A stretch of DNA of 64,000 bases from Candidatus Poribacteria bacterium (lineage in GTDB: Bacteria; Poribacteria; WGA-4E; WGA-3G). Below, piece by piece: positions 7,970-16,586 of this stretch (position 1 is the first letter of the stretch; each line of letters opens with the position of its first letter). A program made the position numbers and the translations under genes. The notes under the pieces were generated by a model, which was not told the origin of the DNA, did no database searches, and was given only the letters and a program-made list of their open reading frames with translations. The stretch spans positions 1,920,001 through 1,984,000 of the forward strand of contig CAXXLX010000001.1 in assembly GCA_963665235.2 (NCBI GenBank), given 5' to 3'.

Positions 7970-10399
7970 TTAAAACGTGCGGGACCACTTAAAATTAGCC
8001 TGATATCCGCGTTCTTTCTCAAGAGCCCTTGCGAAGTTCAATCTGAAGATGCCAAGTTGGAAGCCGATGCCGAGGTTAACCTTCGGATAAACAGACTTTA
8101 TATCTTCCAAGTTTTCCCAGGCTTGCCCTATGCCCCAGGTTTGTCCTATGTCCACGAAAGGCACAATGAAAAAGTCGTTTGTTACACTATGCAGGTACTC
8201 CAAATTGAAGAGAAATCCGTTGTTTCCCACAAATTCGTAAAGTGAGTATCCGCGTAACGTTCCGGTGCCGCCAAGAACAAATTGTCGTTGATAAGGCAGC
8301 GGTGTAGTTGAAAGTCCGACCTTTAAACGTGTATCAAGGTAATTTTCTCCGATAGGGTGGTAGTTCCGCAGATGTACCACAAAACGCGTAAAATCATAGT
8401 CCGAACCGATATCAGAATTGGCGTGTTCGACAAGAAAAGTGTTATACCACTCGTTTTTATTTCCTCGGTTGTTAGGATGGTATCTGACAGCGGTATTTTC
8501 TCTTGTGTCAAAATCGTATTTTAGAGTGAAACTATGCATTCTTCCATCGTCTATTGGAAAATTTTGCTGTCCACTAGAAATCCAGTTTACAGCGGTATAA
8601 TCGGTAGGATTTCCTACGCTTTCATGTCCTTCCAAAAGCAGAGATAGTCCGAGTGTGTGCTTTAGGGATGCATGCTGCCATTGAAGTGACATCACACCGC
8701 CCTGCCTGACATAGTAGTTTTGAAAATCGTTCATAAAGAAAGCTCTCACGAACTGCTCGCTCTCGGTTAGCAAGATATCCCTATCTCTTACAGATGTCAT
8801 TCGATGGATTTGCGCTGCATAAGTCAGATTTGATTTATCACCGAATGACACTCCGCCACCAAGTCGGTAATTAGGCACGTTTCCCTGAGAAAAACTCATA
8901 GAACCGTATACGAAGGGGTTGAGTGTCAGGCGGGAGCCCATTCCGAAATCGTTTTCAGTTATGTCTCTATTTCGTCGAATCGTTTCGCCAGAGCTATGAA
9001 AAAAGAACGGATCGGCGTGCCACTGTTTTCCGAGTTCAACCCCACCACCGAGACGTAGTCCATCAACAGGATTCAAATCGCTGGTAATTGCAAATTTAGC
9101 GATTTTGTTGCCCTTAGAGGGCATTTCGAAGGCATCTATCATTCCTTGCATGTTAGACAATTTTGATGGGGGCAAAACCCGCAGCCAATTGCCATCGTTG
9201 CTGTATAACTTCTCCGCCCCGATATTTGACCAATAGGAATGTTCACCTGTGCGTTGCTGTTTCCTGTCAAAATTAATACCCATGTGAGTCGGTTCGGTCG
9301 TTTTTGGGTAATCCAGGAGTTGCCATGGAATTTCCATCTCTACCACCCATCCATCAGAGACGATGTCAGCAGCGACCTTCCACCGTTTAGTCCATTCAGG
9401 TTTTTTCGAGCGTCCCGGTGGGACCTGAATATATTTCTTACCCGATGGGTTTACCATAAACCTAATACGATGTGAAGGTTGATGTGTGTGAAACGGGTCA
9501 ATGCTAAAACAGACCGTATCCTCATTAGCAAAACGGAGCTGGTCTTTGGTTTGGCGTGCCACGATTTTATCGGGTTGGGAATCGTAGAGGTGCCATGCGA
9601 CGTAGATAGATTTGTCGGTATAAACAAGTTTTACGACTGTCTGATCTTGGACCGGTTTTTCAGTGGTGGCATGTGTGAATTGGATGGCTTGTGGTGCAGT
9701 TTTCCAACATTTATCATCAAGCTTTCCATCAATTTTTGGCGGTTTATCCGTTTTCACAGCCAACATCTCTTTTTGAGAGGTTTTCCTGTCTGGGTTTGCG
9801 TCTGTGCCTACTTTCAATTCCACTTTTGTTTTCAATGTGTCTCCGAGGTCGATATTGTCCATACCGAAATTACTTAAGTTTCCAAGCAATTCGCTAATGC
9901 GTTCCGGTGCGATTTCGCCGACAATGTTAACAAAGGTGACCTCCGCAGGTTTAGGGGACATCACGATGGCAAAGATACCGTAGGCGACATCTTCATCAAA
10001 AAGCAAGCTGATTTCAACTATCTCCGCCTTCTCCTTAATTTTGACGAGGATCTCCCAGTCATCTTGCTGCAATTTCTCTTGGTAATATTCAACCAATTTC
10101 AGCTCATCAACGGTAACGCTATCGTAGGTACGGACATAGATACCGTTAAGCATCTGTATCAACTCTGCCACGTCTGGGGTCGCGCTCAAAGATTTTGTAA
10201 CCAGGTTGATGAGTTTATCTGTTAAGTTGACTTCAACCCTCGCTTCGGGGGCATTCGGAAAATCGAATTGGACGAGTCCTTTTTTTTCCGTTTTATCTGA
10301 ACCTTTTTCTTCCGCTATTGCCTCATTGAGCGGCCCTGTAAACCATACCGCTAACAAAAACGCTAAGAACAATAGGGTAAGGTGTCTTTGGGGTTTCAT
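7970..10399 (-). CDS. Outer-membrane protein: signal peptide + DUF4252-like + CBM9/DOMON-like + Omp85/BamA-like beta-barrel
   Basis: VEVNL..GIYVRTY..FVNIVGEI; PKIDGKLDD..W..WVVEMEIPW..GINF; LGGTGTLRGY, FVDIG, terminal Phe. Confidence 0.7.
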   Translation of the reverse strand: MKPQRHLTLLFLAFLLAVWFTGPLNEAIAEEKGSDKTEKKGLVQFDFPNAPEARVEVNLTDKLINLVTKSLSATPDVAELIQMLNGIYVRTYDSVTVDELKLVEYYQEKLQQDDWEILVKIKEKAEIVEISLLFDEDVAYGIFAIVMSPKPAEVTFVNIVGEIAPERISELLGNLSNFGMDNIDLGDTLKTKVELKVGTDANPDRKTSQKEMLAVKTDKPPKIDGKLDDKCWKTAPQAIQFTHATTEKPVQDQTVVKLVYTDKSIYVAWHLYDSQPDKIVARQTKDQLRFANEDTVCFSIDPFHTHQPSHRIRFMVNPSGKKYIQVPPGRSKKPEWTKRWKVAADIVSDGWVVEMEIPWQLLDYPKTTEPTHMGINFDRKQQRTGEHSYWSNIGAEKLYSNDGNWLRVLPPSKLSNMQGMIDAFEMPSKGNKIAKFAITSDLNPVDGLRLGGGVELGKQWHADPFFFHSSGETIRRNRDITENDFGMGSRLTLNPFVYGSMSFSQGNVPNYRLGGGVSFGDKSNLTYAAQIHRMTSVRDRDILLTESEQFVRAFFMNDFQNYYVRQGGVMSLQWQHASLKHTLGLSLLLEGHESVGNPTDYTAVNWISSGQQNFPIDDGRMHSFTLKYDFDTRENTAVRYHPNNRGNKNEWYNTFLVEHANSDIGSDYDFTRFVVHLRNYHPIGENYLDTRLKVGLSTTPLPYQRQFVLGGTGTLRGYSLYEFVGNNGFLFNLEYLHSVTNDFFIVPFVDIGQTWGIGQAWENLEDIKSVYPKVNLGIGFQLGIFRLNFARALEKERGYQANFKWSRTF

Positions 10400-10411
10400 C
10401 TGTCAGCCTCC

Positions 10412-10900
10412 TTATTTTTTGTCTATCAATATTCGGCCTGTGAGTCCAGCGTTGAATTGTCCGAAGGCGACTCCGTAAGAGAGGGAGTAGGCGTTTGCGC
10501 TGTAATTAGATTTACCGCCGTATTCGCCTTTTGCATCGTATAATTCGTAATCACTGACACCGAAATTCGTTGCAGCGATTCCGATGGAGCCATAAGTGCC
10601 GAGCATTTTGGTGAGTGCAATGAACGTATGGCTTCTATCTAAGGAAAGCCGCTGTGTGGAAATATTAAGATTAAGGTCGGATGATGAACCGAGGCCGGCT
10701 GGGTTCCAGACGGTGGCGGTAGCATCTTCCGCGATTGCTGTGAAAGCACCGCCTAAGCCAATTGAGCGGGCCCCTGCGCCGAGCCGTAAATGGGGCATAG
10801 CGTTAACTTCCCCTTCGGCAAAATAGACAGGCGCCACAGCTAGGATAAGAAGTAAAACGGGTATTACACCGCATAGCAATTTTTGCTTTGTGATAGACAT
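10412..10900 (-). pseudogene. Truncated PorV/PorQ (FadL-like) family outer-membrane protein, N-terminal half only
   Basis: LRLGAGARSIGLGGAFTAIAEDATATVWNPAGL signature; ends at 162 aa without barrel C-terminus. Confidence 0.7.
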
Positions 10901-10925
10901 TTATATTCTCCTTCGTAGACGCGCT

Positions 10926-10957
10926 ATCGGGGGTTGGACGTGATGTCCAGCCCCGAT
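10926..10957. promoter_or_regulatory. Intergenic stem-loop
   Basis: atcgggggttggac ... gtccagccccgat inverted repeat. Confidence 0.55.
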
Positions 10958-10975
10958 TTGCGGTCTATCGTTTAC

Positions 10976-11845
10976 TTAGCGCGTCAGAGCGAGCTTAAGA
11001 ATAGCGGTCTCTGGTTCGAAGCCATCGGCTACCGTAATCCGGCAGAAATAGATGCCTTGTGCCAGGTCTTCGCCACCGCTTGTTTTTCCATCCCAACCGA
11101 TTGCATCTGAACCGTCAGGCTTGTGGGTATACTCGCCTGCATCCCAGACTTCGTTATCTACAAGCACGCGGACAGGCCGTAACGTTGCGTCATAAATGAC
11201 AATCGTAACGGTTGACTGCCGTGCAAGCGTGAAGGAAATCCGAGTGTTGTCCTTGAACGGGTTGGGGTAGTTAATGGGAAGTGCTGCCAATATCGGTCCG
11301 TCCTTGACTTCAACTTCGTAGACAGCTTTAAGGTTTTTCCAGAACTGTGAGTCGGATTCCATCAGTTTTCCGAAAAGCGTTCCGAGTTTTTGGAAATCAA
11401 GCTTTCCGAAAATGTTCACGAAACTCGTGTTGTTTTTGTCGGTGAAGGAGATAAAAATGCCGTGTACTATCCCCGGTTCATCGGCAAAAAGCAGACTTAC
11501 GCGGAGTTTATCTTTAACCCGAATTATGTCTTCCCACTTTTCTGTTTTGAGGATGTTCTGATAGTGATGTGTCATCTCAGTTAGGTTTTCAGACTCTTTA
11601 GCATAACCCTGGATGAAGACACCGTCTATCATCTCCGCGTACTCCGCGTATTCAGGTAGATTTACCGTGAAATTGATAAAGAGCTTGAAAAATTTTTTGT
11701 CTAAATTGACTTCAACTGTAGGTGTTGGCGTGTTCGGCAAGTTCATCTCTATTTTGCCGCGAATTATTTCGGTTTCCGCTGTTCCGTTACAAAAAATGCA
11801 GAAGCAGAAAGCGAATAGGAGAGGTATAAGTCTAAACCGTTTCAT
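10976..11845 (-). CDS. DUF4252-like protein fused to T9SS-like/FlgD-Ig C-terminal domain
   Basis: Signal peptide; VEVNL..GVFIQGY..FVNIFGKL; NYPNPF..ISFTL..WDGK..GIYFCRI. Confidence 0.75.
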   Translation of the reverse strand: MKRFRLIPLLFAFCFCIFCNGTAETEIIRGKIEMNLPNTPTPTVEVNLDKKFFKLFINFTVNLPEYAEYAEMIDGVFIQGYAKESENLTEMTHHYQNILKTEKWEDIIRVKDKLRVSLLFADEPGIVHGIFISFTDKNNTSFVNIFGKLDFQKLGTLFGKLMESDSQFWKNLKAVYEVEVKDGPILAALPINYPNPFKDNTRISFTLARQSTVTIVIYDATLRPVRVLVDNEVWDAGEYTHKPDGSDAIGWDGKTSGGEDLAQGIYFCRITVADGFEPETAILKLALTR

Positions 11846-12504
11846 TGTGGATTTCCTCCTTGGTTGTTAGGTGTGACTGTATCCAAATTTTGAGAATGTT
11901 TCGCATCCGGCCCATCCCCGGTGAGGTTGTTAAGGATGCCGAGGCTCCTGTGAATCGCCGATGAAATATTTGCTGTCGGTTTTAAAGCGCGGCGAGGTGC
12001 CTCATCAATTTTGAGAGTGGCAAACCTATCATTGACAACAACGCCTGTTCTTTGAACCGCGTAATGCATCTTACTCATCGCATAGTTCCAATTGCTTTTT
12101 GCCTGTTCAATCGTAGCTTGTTGTTGATGCCGATGGATGCCGAACATGATTATTCCGACAAGACACACTAGGACACTTACGCGAAGAAGGGGTGAATGCA
12201 AGATATCCCAGAATGTGGATATAGGAAAAAACCGATGTATCCAGCTTCTACCGTGCGGGTACGTTTGAACGTAGGCGGCAACTTCGCTAAAGATATCCGG
12301 TGGGGCTATCGGTTTAGGCAGCTCCGTTAGTGCCTCATCGATAGCTTGTGCCAGTCCGAATTCATACTGGCACTGCTCACATGTTGCAAGATGGGTCGCC
12401 ATCAATGAATCGGTGGCAGTGTCCAGTTCTCCTGCCAGATATTCCTCTAGGGAGGCTTGGCATTCTTTGCAAGATATGGGATGTGCCGGTGTATTCTGTT
12501 TCAT
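11842..12504 (-). CDS. Membrane-anchored zinc-finger anti-sigma factor (zf-HC2)
   Basis: CKEC..YLAGEL..HLATCEQC (HxxxCxxC), one TM helix; follows ECF sigma. Confidence 0.88.
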   Translation of the reverse strand: MKQNTPAHPISCKECQASLEEYLAGELDTATDSLMATHLATCEQCQYEFGLAQAIDEALTELPKPIAPPDIFSEVAAYVQTYPHGRSWIHRFFPISTFWDILHSPLLRVSVLVCLVGIIMFGIHRHQQQATIEQAKSNWNYAMSKMHYAVQRTGVVVNDRFATLKIDEAPRRALKPTANISSAIHRSLGILNNLTGDGPDAKHSQNLDTVTPNNQGGNPQ

Positions 12505-12507
12505 CGG

Positions 12508-13035
12508 TTATTTCTCCAATAGGCGGCTCAGTATTTGCCGCAATTTTTTTCGAGCACGGAATACTGTAGATTTCACAGTCCCCTCGGGTTGCCCCAGGAC
12601 CTCCGCAATCTCTTTAAAACTCATTTCGTCCAATTCCCGCATAATCACTACGGCTCGCGTAGCTGGGGGTAATTCATCAATTGCGCGATGGACCAGCTCC
12701 TTGAGCTCCTGTTTAGCGAGAATCTCATCCGGGGATGGGTTCGCCTGATGCGAATGTGTATGCAGGAGCATCTCAAGCGTTTCACCATTTTCTTCATCGA
12801 GATGTACCTGAAATTTGCGTCGCCTCAGTTGGTTAAAACAGAGATTCTGCACGCATTTCAGCAACCATGAGTGGACAGTTTCCTGTCTTAGTTTCGCTCG
12901 ATGTTCCCATGCCTTCATAAAGGTTTCTTGTGTCATATCCTTAGCATCCTCCGGATTTTTGAGCAGGTACAGCGCATGCCGATAAATTCGTGTCTGATGC
13001 TTCTGGACCAGTTCAAGGAATTCATCTTCTGTCAT
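12508..13035 (-). CDS. ECF-family RNA polymerase sigma factor
   Basis: DAKDMTQETF, SWL, region 4 MSFKEIAEVLGQPEGTVKSTVFRARKKL. Confidence 0.95.
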   Translation of the reverse strand: MTEDEFLELVQKHQTRIYRHALYLLKNPEDAKDMTQETFMKAWEHRAKLRQETVHSWLLKCVQNLCFNQLRRRKFQVHLDEENGETLEMLLHTHSHQANPSPDEILAKQELKELVHRAIDELPPATRAVVIMRELDEMSFKEIAEVLGQPEGTVKSTVFRARKKLRQILSRLLEK

Positions 13036-13183
13036 ATTGCAACTCCATGCACTTTAGGGTTAACGCTACTACAAATAAGTTGCAAAAAAGTTGCACTTTT
13101 TTTATTTTTTTTGAAAATTGTGGAAATAAAAGAGGGTAACGGATGGATTTGACGCACACGTCCGGATGAAATCAAGGAAGACA

Positions 13184-13209
13184 GAGACAGGCTCAGTCGA
13201 GCCTGTCTC
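13184..13209. terminator. Perfect 11-bp hairpin ending the nuo/repeat-array transcript
   Basis: gagacaggctc-agtc-gagcctgtctc; weak U-tract. Confidence 0.55.
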
Positions 13210-13243
13210 CATCTAAGCGGGGGTTGTGAGAAGTCTTTAGCTC

Positions 13244-13488
13244 TCAGGCTTCCTCACTCGAATTTCGCTTGTATTCTTGCAATTCTTGTGTGATACGTTC
13301 TATTTCAGCTTCCGCTTTTTCTGCGCGCTGTTCTGCTTTTTCTGCGCGCTGTCTTTCTTCTTCAACGCGCTGTTCTGCTTTTTCTGCGCGCTGTCTTTCC
13401 CGTTCTGCGCGTTTTTTTGCTTGTAAATAATACATGAGACGCTCCAATACTTTACAAAAAGCGATAATTAGCACTGTGAAAACGAATA
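13244..13488 (-). pseudogene. 5'-truncated copy A of the heptad-repeat membrane protein gene
   Basis: Matches the 3' half of 13547-14047; homology ends near 13488 with an in-frame TAG upstream. Confidence 0.75.
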
Positions 13489-13546
13489 TGAAGTCCGGCT
13501 ACCAAGATAGAACGATACAGCGGGGGTTGTGAGAAACCTTTGGCTC

Positions 13547-14047
13547 TCAGGTTTCCGCACTCGAATTTCGCTTGTATTCTCGTGTGATACGTTCTATTTC
13601 AGCTTCGGCTTTTTCTGCGCGCTGTCTTTCCCGTTCTGCGCGCTGTTCGGCTTTTTCTGCGCGCTGTCTTTCCTGTTCTGCGCGCTGTCTTTCCTGTTCT
13701 GCGCGCTGTTCGGCTTGTTTTGCCCGTTTTTTTGCTTGTAAATAATACATGAGACGCTCCAATACTTTACAAAAAGCGATAATTAGCACTGTGAAAACAA
13801 AAAGGAAAGCGGAAAGGTGTGTCAGGATAGATTTCGCAATCGCCTGCGCCGTGGGGTTCGCCTTTCCACCTTCACTTACTTCACCAATTATAACCCAAGA
13901 AGCATATCCAATCAAGACTACTATAAAAATGTAAAACGCCGGATTTAACCATTTCTTCGGTATTCCACCAGGAAATGCGACGTATTCGTCCTCTTCCTCT
14001 ATATGTGGGTCCGAGGCGTGAACAGGTTTCTCGAGGTCGTTATCCAT
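13547..14047 (-). CDS. Hypothetical 2-TM membrane protein with AE(Q/K/R)(A/E)(E/R)QR heptad coiled-coil tail (intact copy B)
   Basis: Intact 166-aa ORF; two hydrophobic segments; heptad repeats. Confidence 0.7.
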   Translation of the reverse strand: MDNDLEKPVHASDPHIEEEDEYVAFPGGIPKKWLNPAFYIFIVVLIGYASWVIIGEVSEGGKANPTAQAIAKSILTHLSAFLFVFTVLIIAFCKVLERLMYYLQAKKRAKQAEQRAEQERQRAEQERQRAEKAEQRAERERQRAEKAEAEIERITREYKRNSSAET

Positions 14048-14194
14048 GAAAGTTTCCTATTGTAACCCTGAGTTTTGTGCTAGCTCTAACGTGAATGATG
14101 GTAAAACACCAATGAGCAACACGCCAATTGCAGCGAGAATTAATCCGGCTACTAAGATAGAACGATACAGCGGGGGTTGTGAGAAGTTTAGCCC

Positions 14195-14443
14195 TCAGGT
14201 TTCCTCACTCGAATTTCGCTTGTATTCTCGTGTGATACGTTCTATCTCAGCTTCTGCTTTTTTGCGCGCTGTCTTTCCTGTTCAACGCGCTGTTCTGCTT
14301 GTTCAGCACGCTGTTTTTCCTGTTCAACGCGCTGTTCCGCTTTTTCTGCACGCTGTCTTTCCCGTTCTGCGCGCTGTCTTTCCCGTTCTGCGCGTTTTTT
14401 TGCTTGTAAATAATACATGAGACGCTCCAATACTTTACAAAAA
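14195..14443 (-). pseudogene. 5'-truncated, frameshifted copy C
   Basis: Fused to a nuoN fragment; 1-nt deletion near 14262 shifts AEKAEAE to AKKQKLR*. Confidence 0.75.
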
Positions 14444-14544
14444 TGATGGTAAAACACCAATGAGCAACACGCCACTTGCAGCGAGAATTAATCCAGCTAC
14501 CAAGATAGAACGATACAGCGGGGGTTGTGAGAAGTCTTTAGCTC

Positions 14545-15046
14545 TCAGGCTTCCTCACTCGAATTTCGCTTGTATTCTTGTTTGATACGTTCTAGTTCAG
14601 CTTCGGCTTTTTCTGCGCGCTGTTCGGCTTTTTCAATGCGCTGTTCGGCTTTTTCTGCGCGCTGTTCGGCTTTTTCTGCGCGCTGTTCGGCTTGTTCTGC
14701 CGTTTTTTTGCTTGTAAATAATACATGAGACGCTCCAATACTTTACAAAAAGCGATAATTAGCACTGTGAAAACGAATAGGAAAGAGGAAAGGTGTGTCA
14801 GGATAGATTTCGCAATCGCCTGCGCCGTGGGGTTCGCCTTTCCACCTTCACTTACTTCACCAATTATAACCCACTTACTTCACCAATTATAACCCAAGAA
14901 GCATATCCAATCAAGACTACTATAAAAATGTAAAACGCCGGATTTAACCATTTCTTCGGTATTCCACCAGGAAATGCAACATATTCGTCCGCTTCCTCTA
15001 TAGATGGGTCCGAGGCGTGAACAGGTTTCTCGAGGCCGTTATCCAT
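14545..15046 (-). pseudogene. Full-length but doubly frameshifted copy D
   Basis: 23-nt tandem duplication (cacttacttcaccaattataacc) near 14849-14894 and a 1-nt loss near 14701. Confidence 0.75.
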
Positions 15047-15056
15047 GAAAGTTTTC

Positions 15057-16493
15057 CTATTGTAACCCTGAGTTTTGTGCTAGCTCTAACGTGAATGATG
15101 GTAAAACACCAATGAGCAACACGCCAATTGCAGCGAGAATTAACCCGGCTACTAAGGTTGATGGATATGGACTTAGCTCCAGCTCCTCCTCCGGTTCACG
15201 CATATACATCGTTACAACAACACGCAGGTAGTAAAACGCTGAAATCGCGGTATTGATAGCACCAACAATCACAAGTAGGTAGAGTTCTGACCCAATTGCC
15301 GCTTTGAAAATGTAGAATTTTCCGACAAATCCGGCTGTGGGCGGAAAACCTGCAAGAGATAGAAGCATCAGGGTCATAAACAGCCCGAGTAAAGGCTTGC
15401 GGAACCCAAGCCCTGCGTAATCCGAAATTGTTAAATTTTCACCATCGGCAGTTTTCGCCAAAATAACGGCACCAAACGCGCCAATGTTCATGACACAGTA
15501 GACAAGTAGGTAAAGCATTGCACTAGCCGTACCCTCCTCACTCACTGCTGCTAATCCTATTAGCACGTAACCCGCATGCGCTATACTTGAATAGGCGAGC
15601 ATCCGTTTGATGTTAGTTTGTGCAATGGCGATGATATTTCCGATGGTCATTGTCAGCATTGCCAAGAGAATGATAACACCACTCCATTCAGTTTGTATAG
15701 CAGGTAACGCCTCCATGAAAATTCGTAGAAACGCTGCGAATCCTGCTGCTTTCGGGCCTGCCGAGATAAACGCGGCAATCGTAGTCGGCGCGCCTTCGTA
15801 AACGTCTGGGGCCCACTGATGAAACGGCACAATGGCGACCTTGAAGCCAAACCCGACGATTAGCAGAAACATGCCCGCTAAAAGCATGAACGATTGACTC
15901 TCGGCTGTGAGCTGCGCTGCAATAGCCGGAATACTCGTTGTCCCTGTGGCACCGTAAATTAAGGCAATGCCGTATAGGAAAAACGCACTCGCGAACGCAC
16001 CAAGCAACAGATATTTCATCCCCGCCTCACTTGAAACAGGATTTGAACGGAAATACCCCGCTAACACATATAGCGATAACGACATCAACTCCAGGCCGAG
16101 GAACACGACAATCAGTTCGTTGCCCGCAGCCATCAACATCATGCCGAGCGTTGCAAGTAAGATAAGTAGGTAATACGGCCCCTGCTTTCTATCGTCTTTT
16201 CCTAAGTAATTAATCGAAAGCAACGCAACCAAAATTGTTGAAACGAGGAAGATAATGTTGAAAAAGAGCGAGAAACTATCTACCTTAAACATTTGGTTGA
16301 ATAGGGTTACATCCGTCCCCTCTTGTAGTATCTGCTGAATTGAGACCCATAGGGCAATCCCCGCGCCAACGATTGTCATCCACCCAAGCACCTTCTTTGA
16401 GATGGAATCAAACATGTCAAAGACAAGGACGATCAGCAACGTTGAAACGATGAGAAGTTGGGGCATCAGCATTGACCAATCAATTGCTGGCAT
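15057..16493 (-). CDS. nuoN: NADH-quinone oxidoreductase subunit N
   Basis: GLELMSL, EAGMKY, GFKVAIVPFHQWAPDVYEGAPT, KRMLAYSSIAHAGY. Confidence 0.97.
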   Translation of the reverse strand: MPAIDWSMLMPQLLIVSTLLIVLVFDMFDSISKKVLGWMTIVGAGIALWVSIQQILQEGTDVTLFNQMFKVDSFSLFFNIIFLVSTILVALLSINYLGKDDRKQGPYYLLILLATLGMMLMAAGNELIVVFLGLELMSLSLYVLAGYFRSNPVSSEAGMKYLLLGAFASAFFLYGIALIYGATGTTSIPAIAAQLTAESQSFMLLAGMFLLIVGFGFKVAIVPFHQWAPDVYEGAPTTIAAFISAGPKAAGFAAFLRIFMEALPAIQTEWSGVIILLAMLTMTIGNIIAIAQTNIKRMLAYSSIAHAGYVLIGLAAVSEEGTASAMLYLLVYCVMNIGAFGAVILAKTADGENLTISDYAGLGFRKPLLGLFMTLMLLSLAGFPPTAGFVGKFYIFKAAIGSELYLLVIVGAINTAISAFYYLRVVVTMYMREPEEELELSPYPSTLVAGLILAAIGVLLIGVLPSFTLELAQNSGLQ

Positions 16494-16586
16494 TCAAAAC
16501 CTCCGTTTTTAAACTCCGATTTAACAAAACGTTGTAGCATTACGTTTTAAATAAATATTCTTCCTTTTATAGGATATGCTCTTCTA

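Larger units (their letters stand above)
13217..15155 (-). repeat. Four-unit tandem array: nuoN 3' fragment + 2-TM/heptad gene + linker
   Basis: Linker atagaacgatacagcgggggttgtgagaa near 13507, 14157, 14505 (partial at 13217); nuoN tail copies at 14048-14155 and 14444-14503; 21-nt heptad repeats. Confidence 0.9.

Noticed and set aside
14046-14420. Plus-strand ORF with RAVFPVQ repeats (also 13529-13741)
   Set aside because: Antisense shadow of the heptad repeats and the nuoN tail
13217-15155. Possible CRISPR array or integron (recurring linker of about 30-45 bp)
   Set aside because: Intervening segments are 300-640 bp and homologous to each other; no cas or integrase genes and no attC-like structure
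5067-16493. Carbonic anhydrase as part of a complex I-linked CO2 uptake system
   Set aside because: CA is alpha-class, on the opposite strand and about 9 kb from nuoN; no Cup/DabA-like gene
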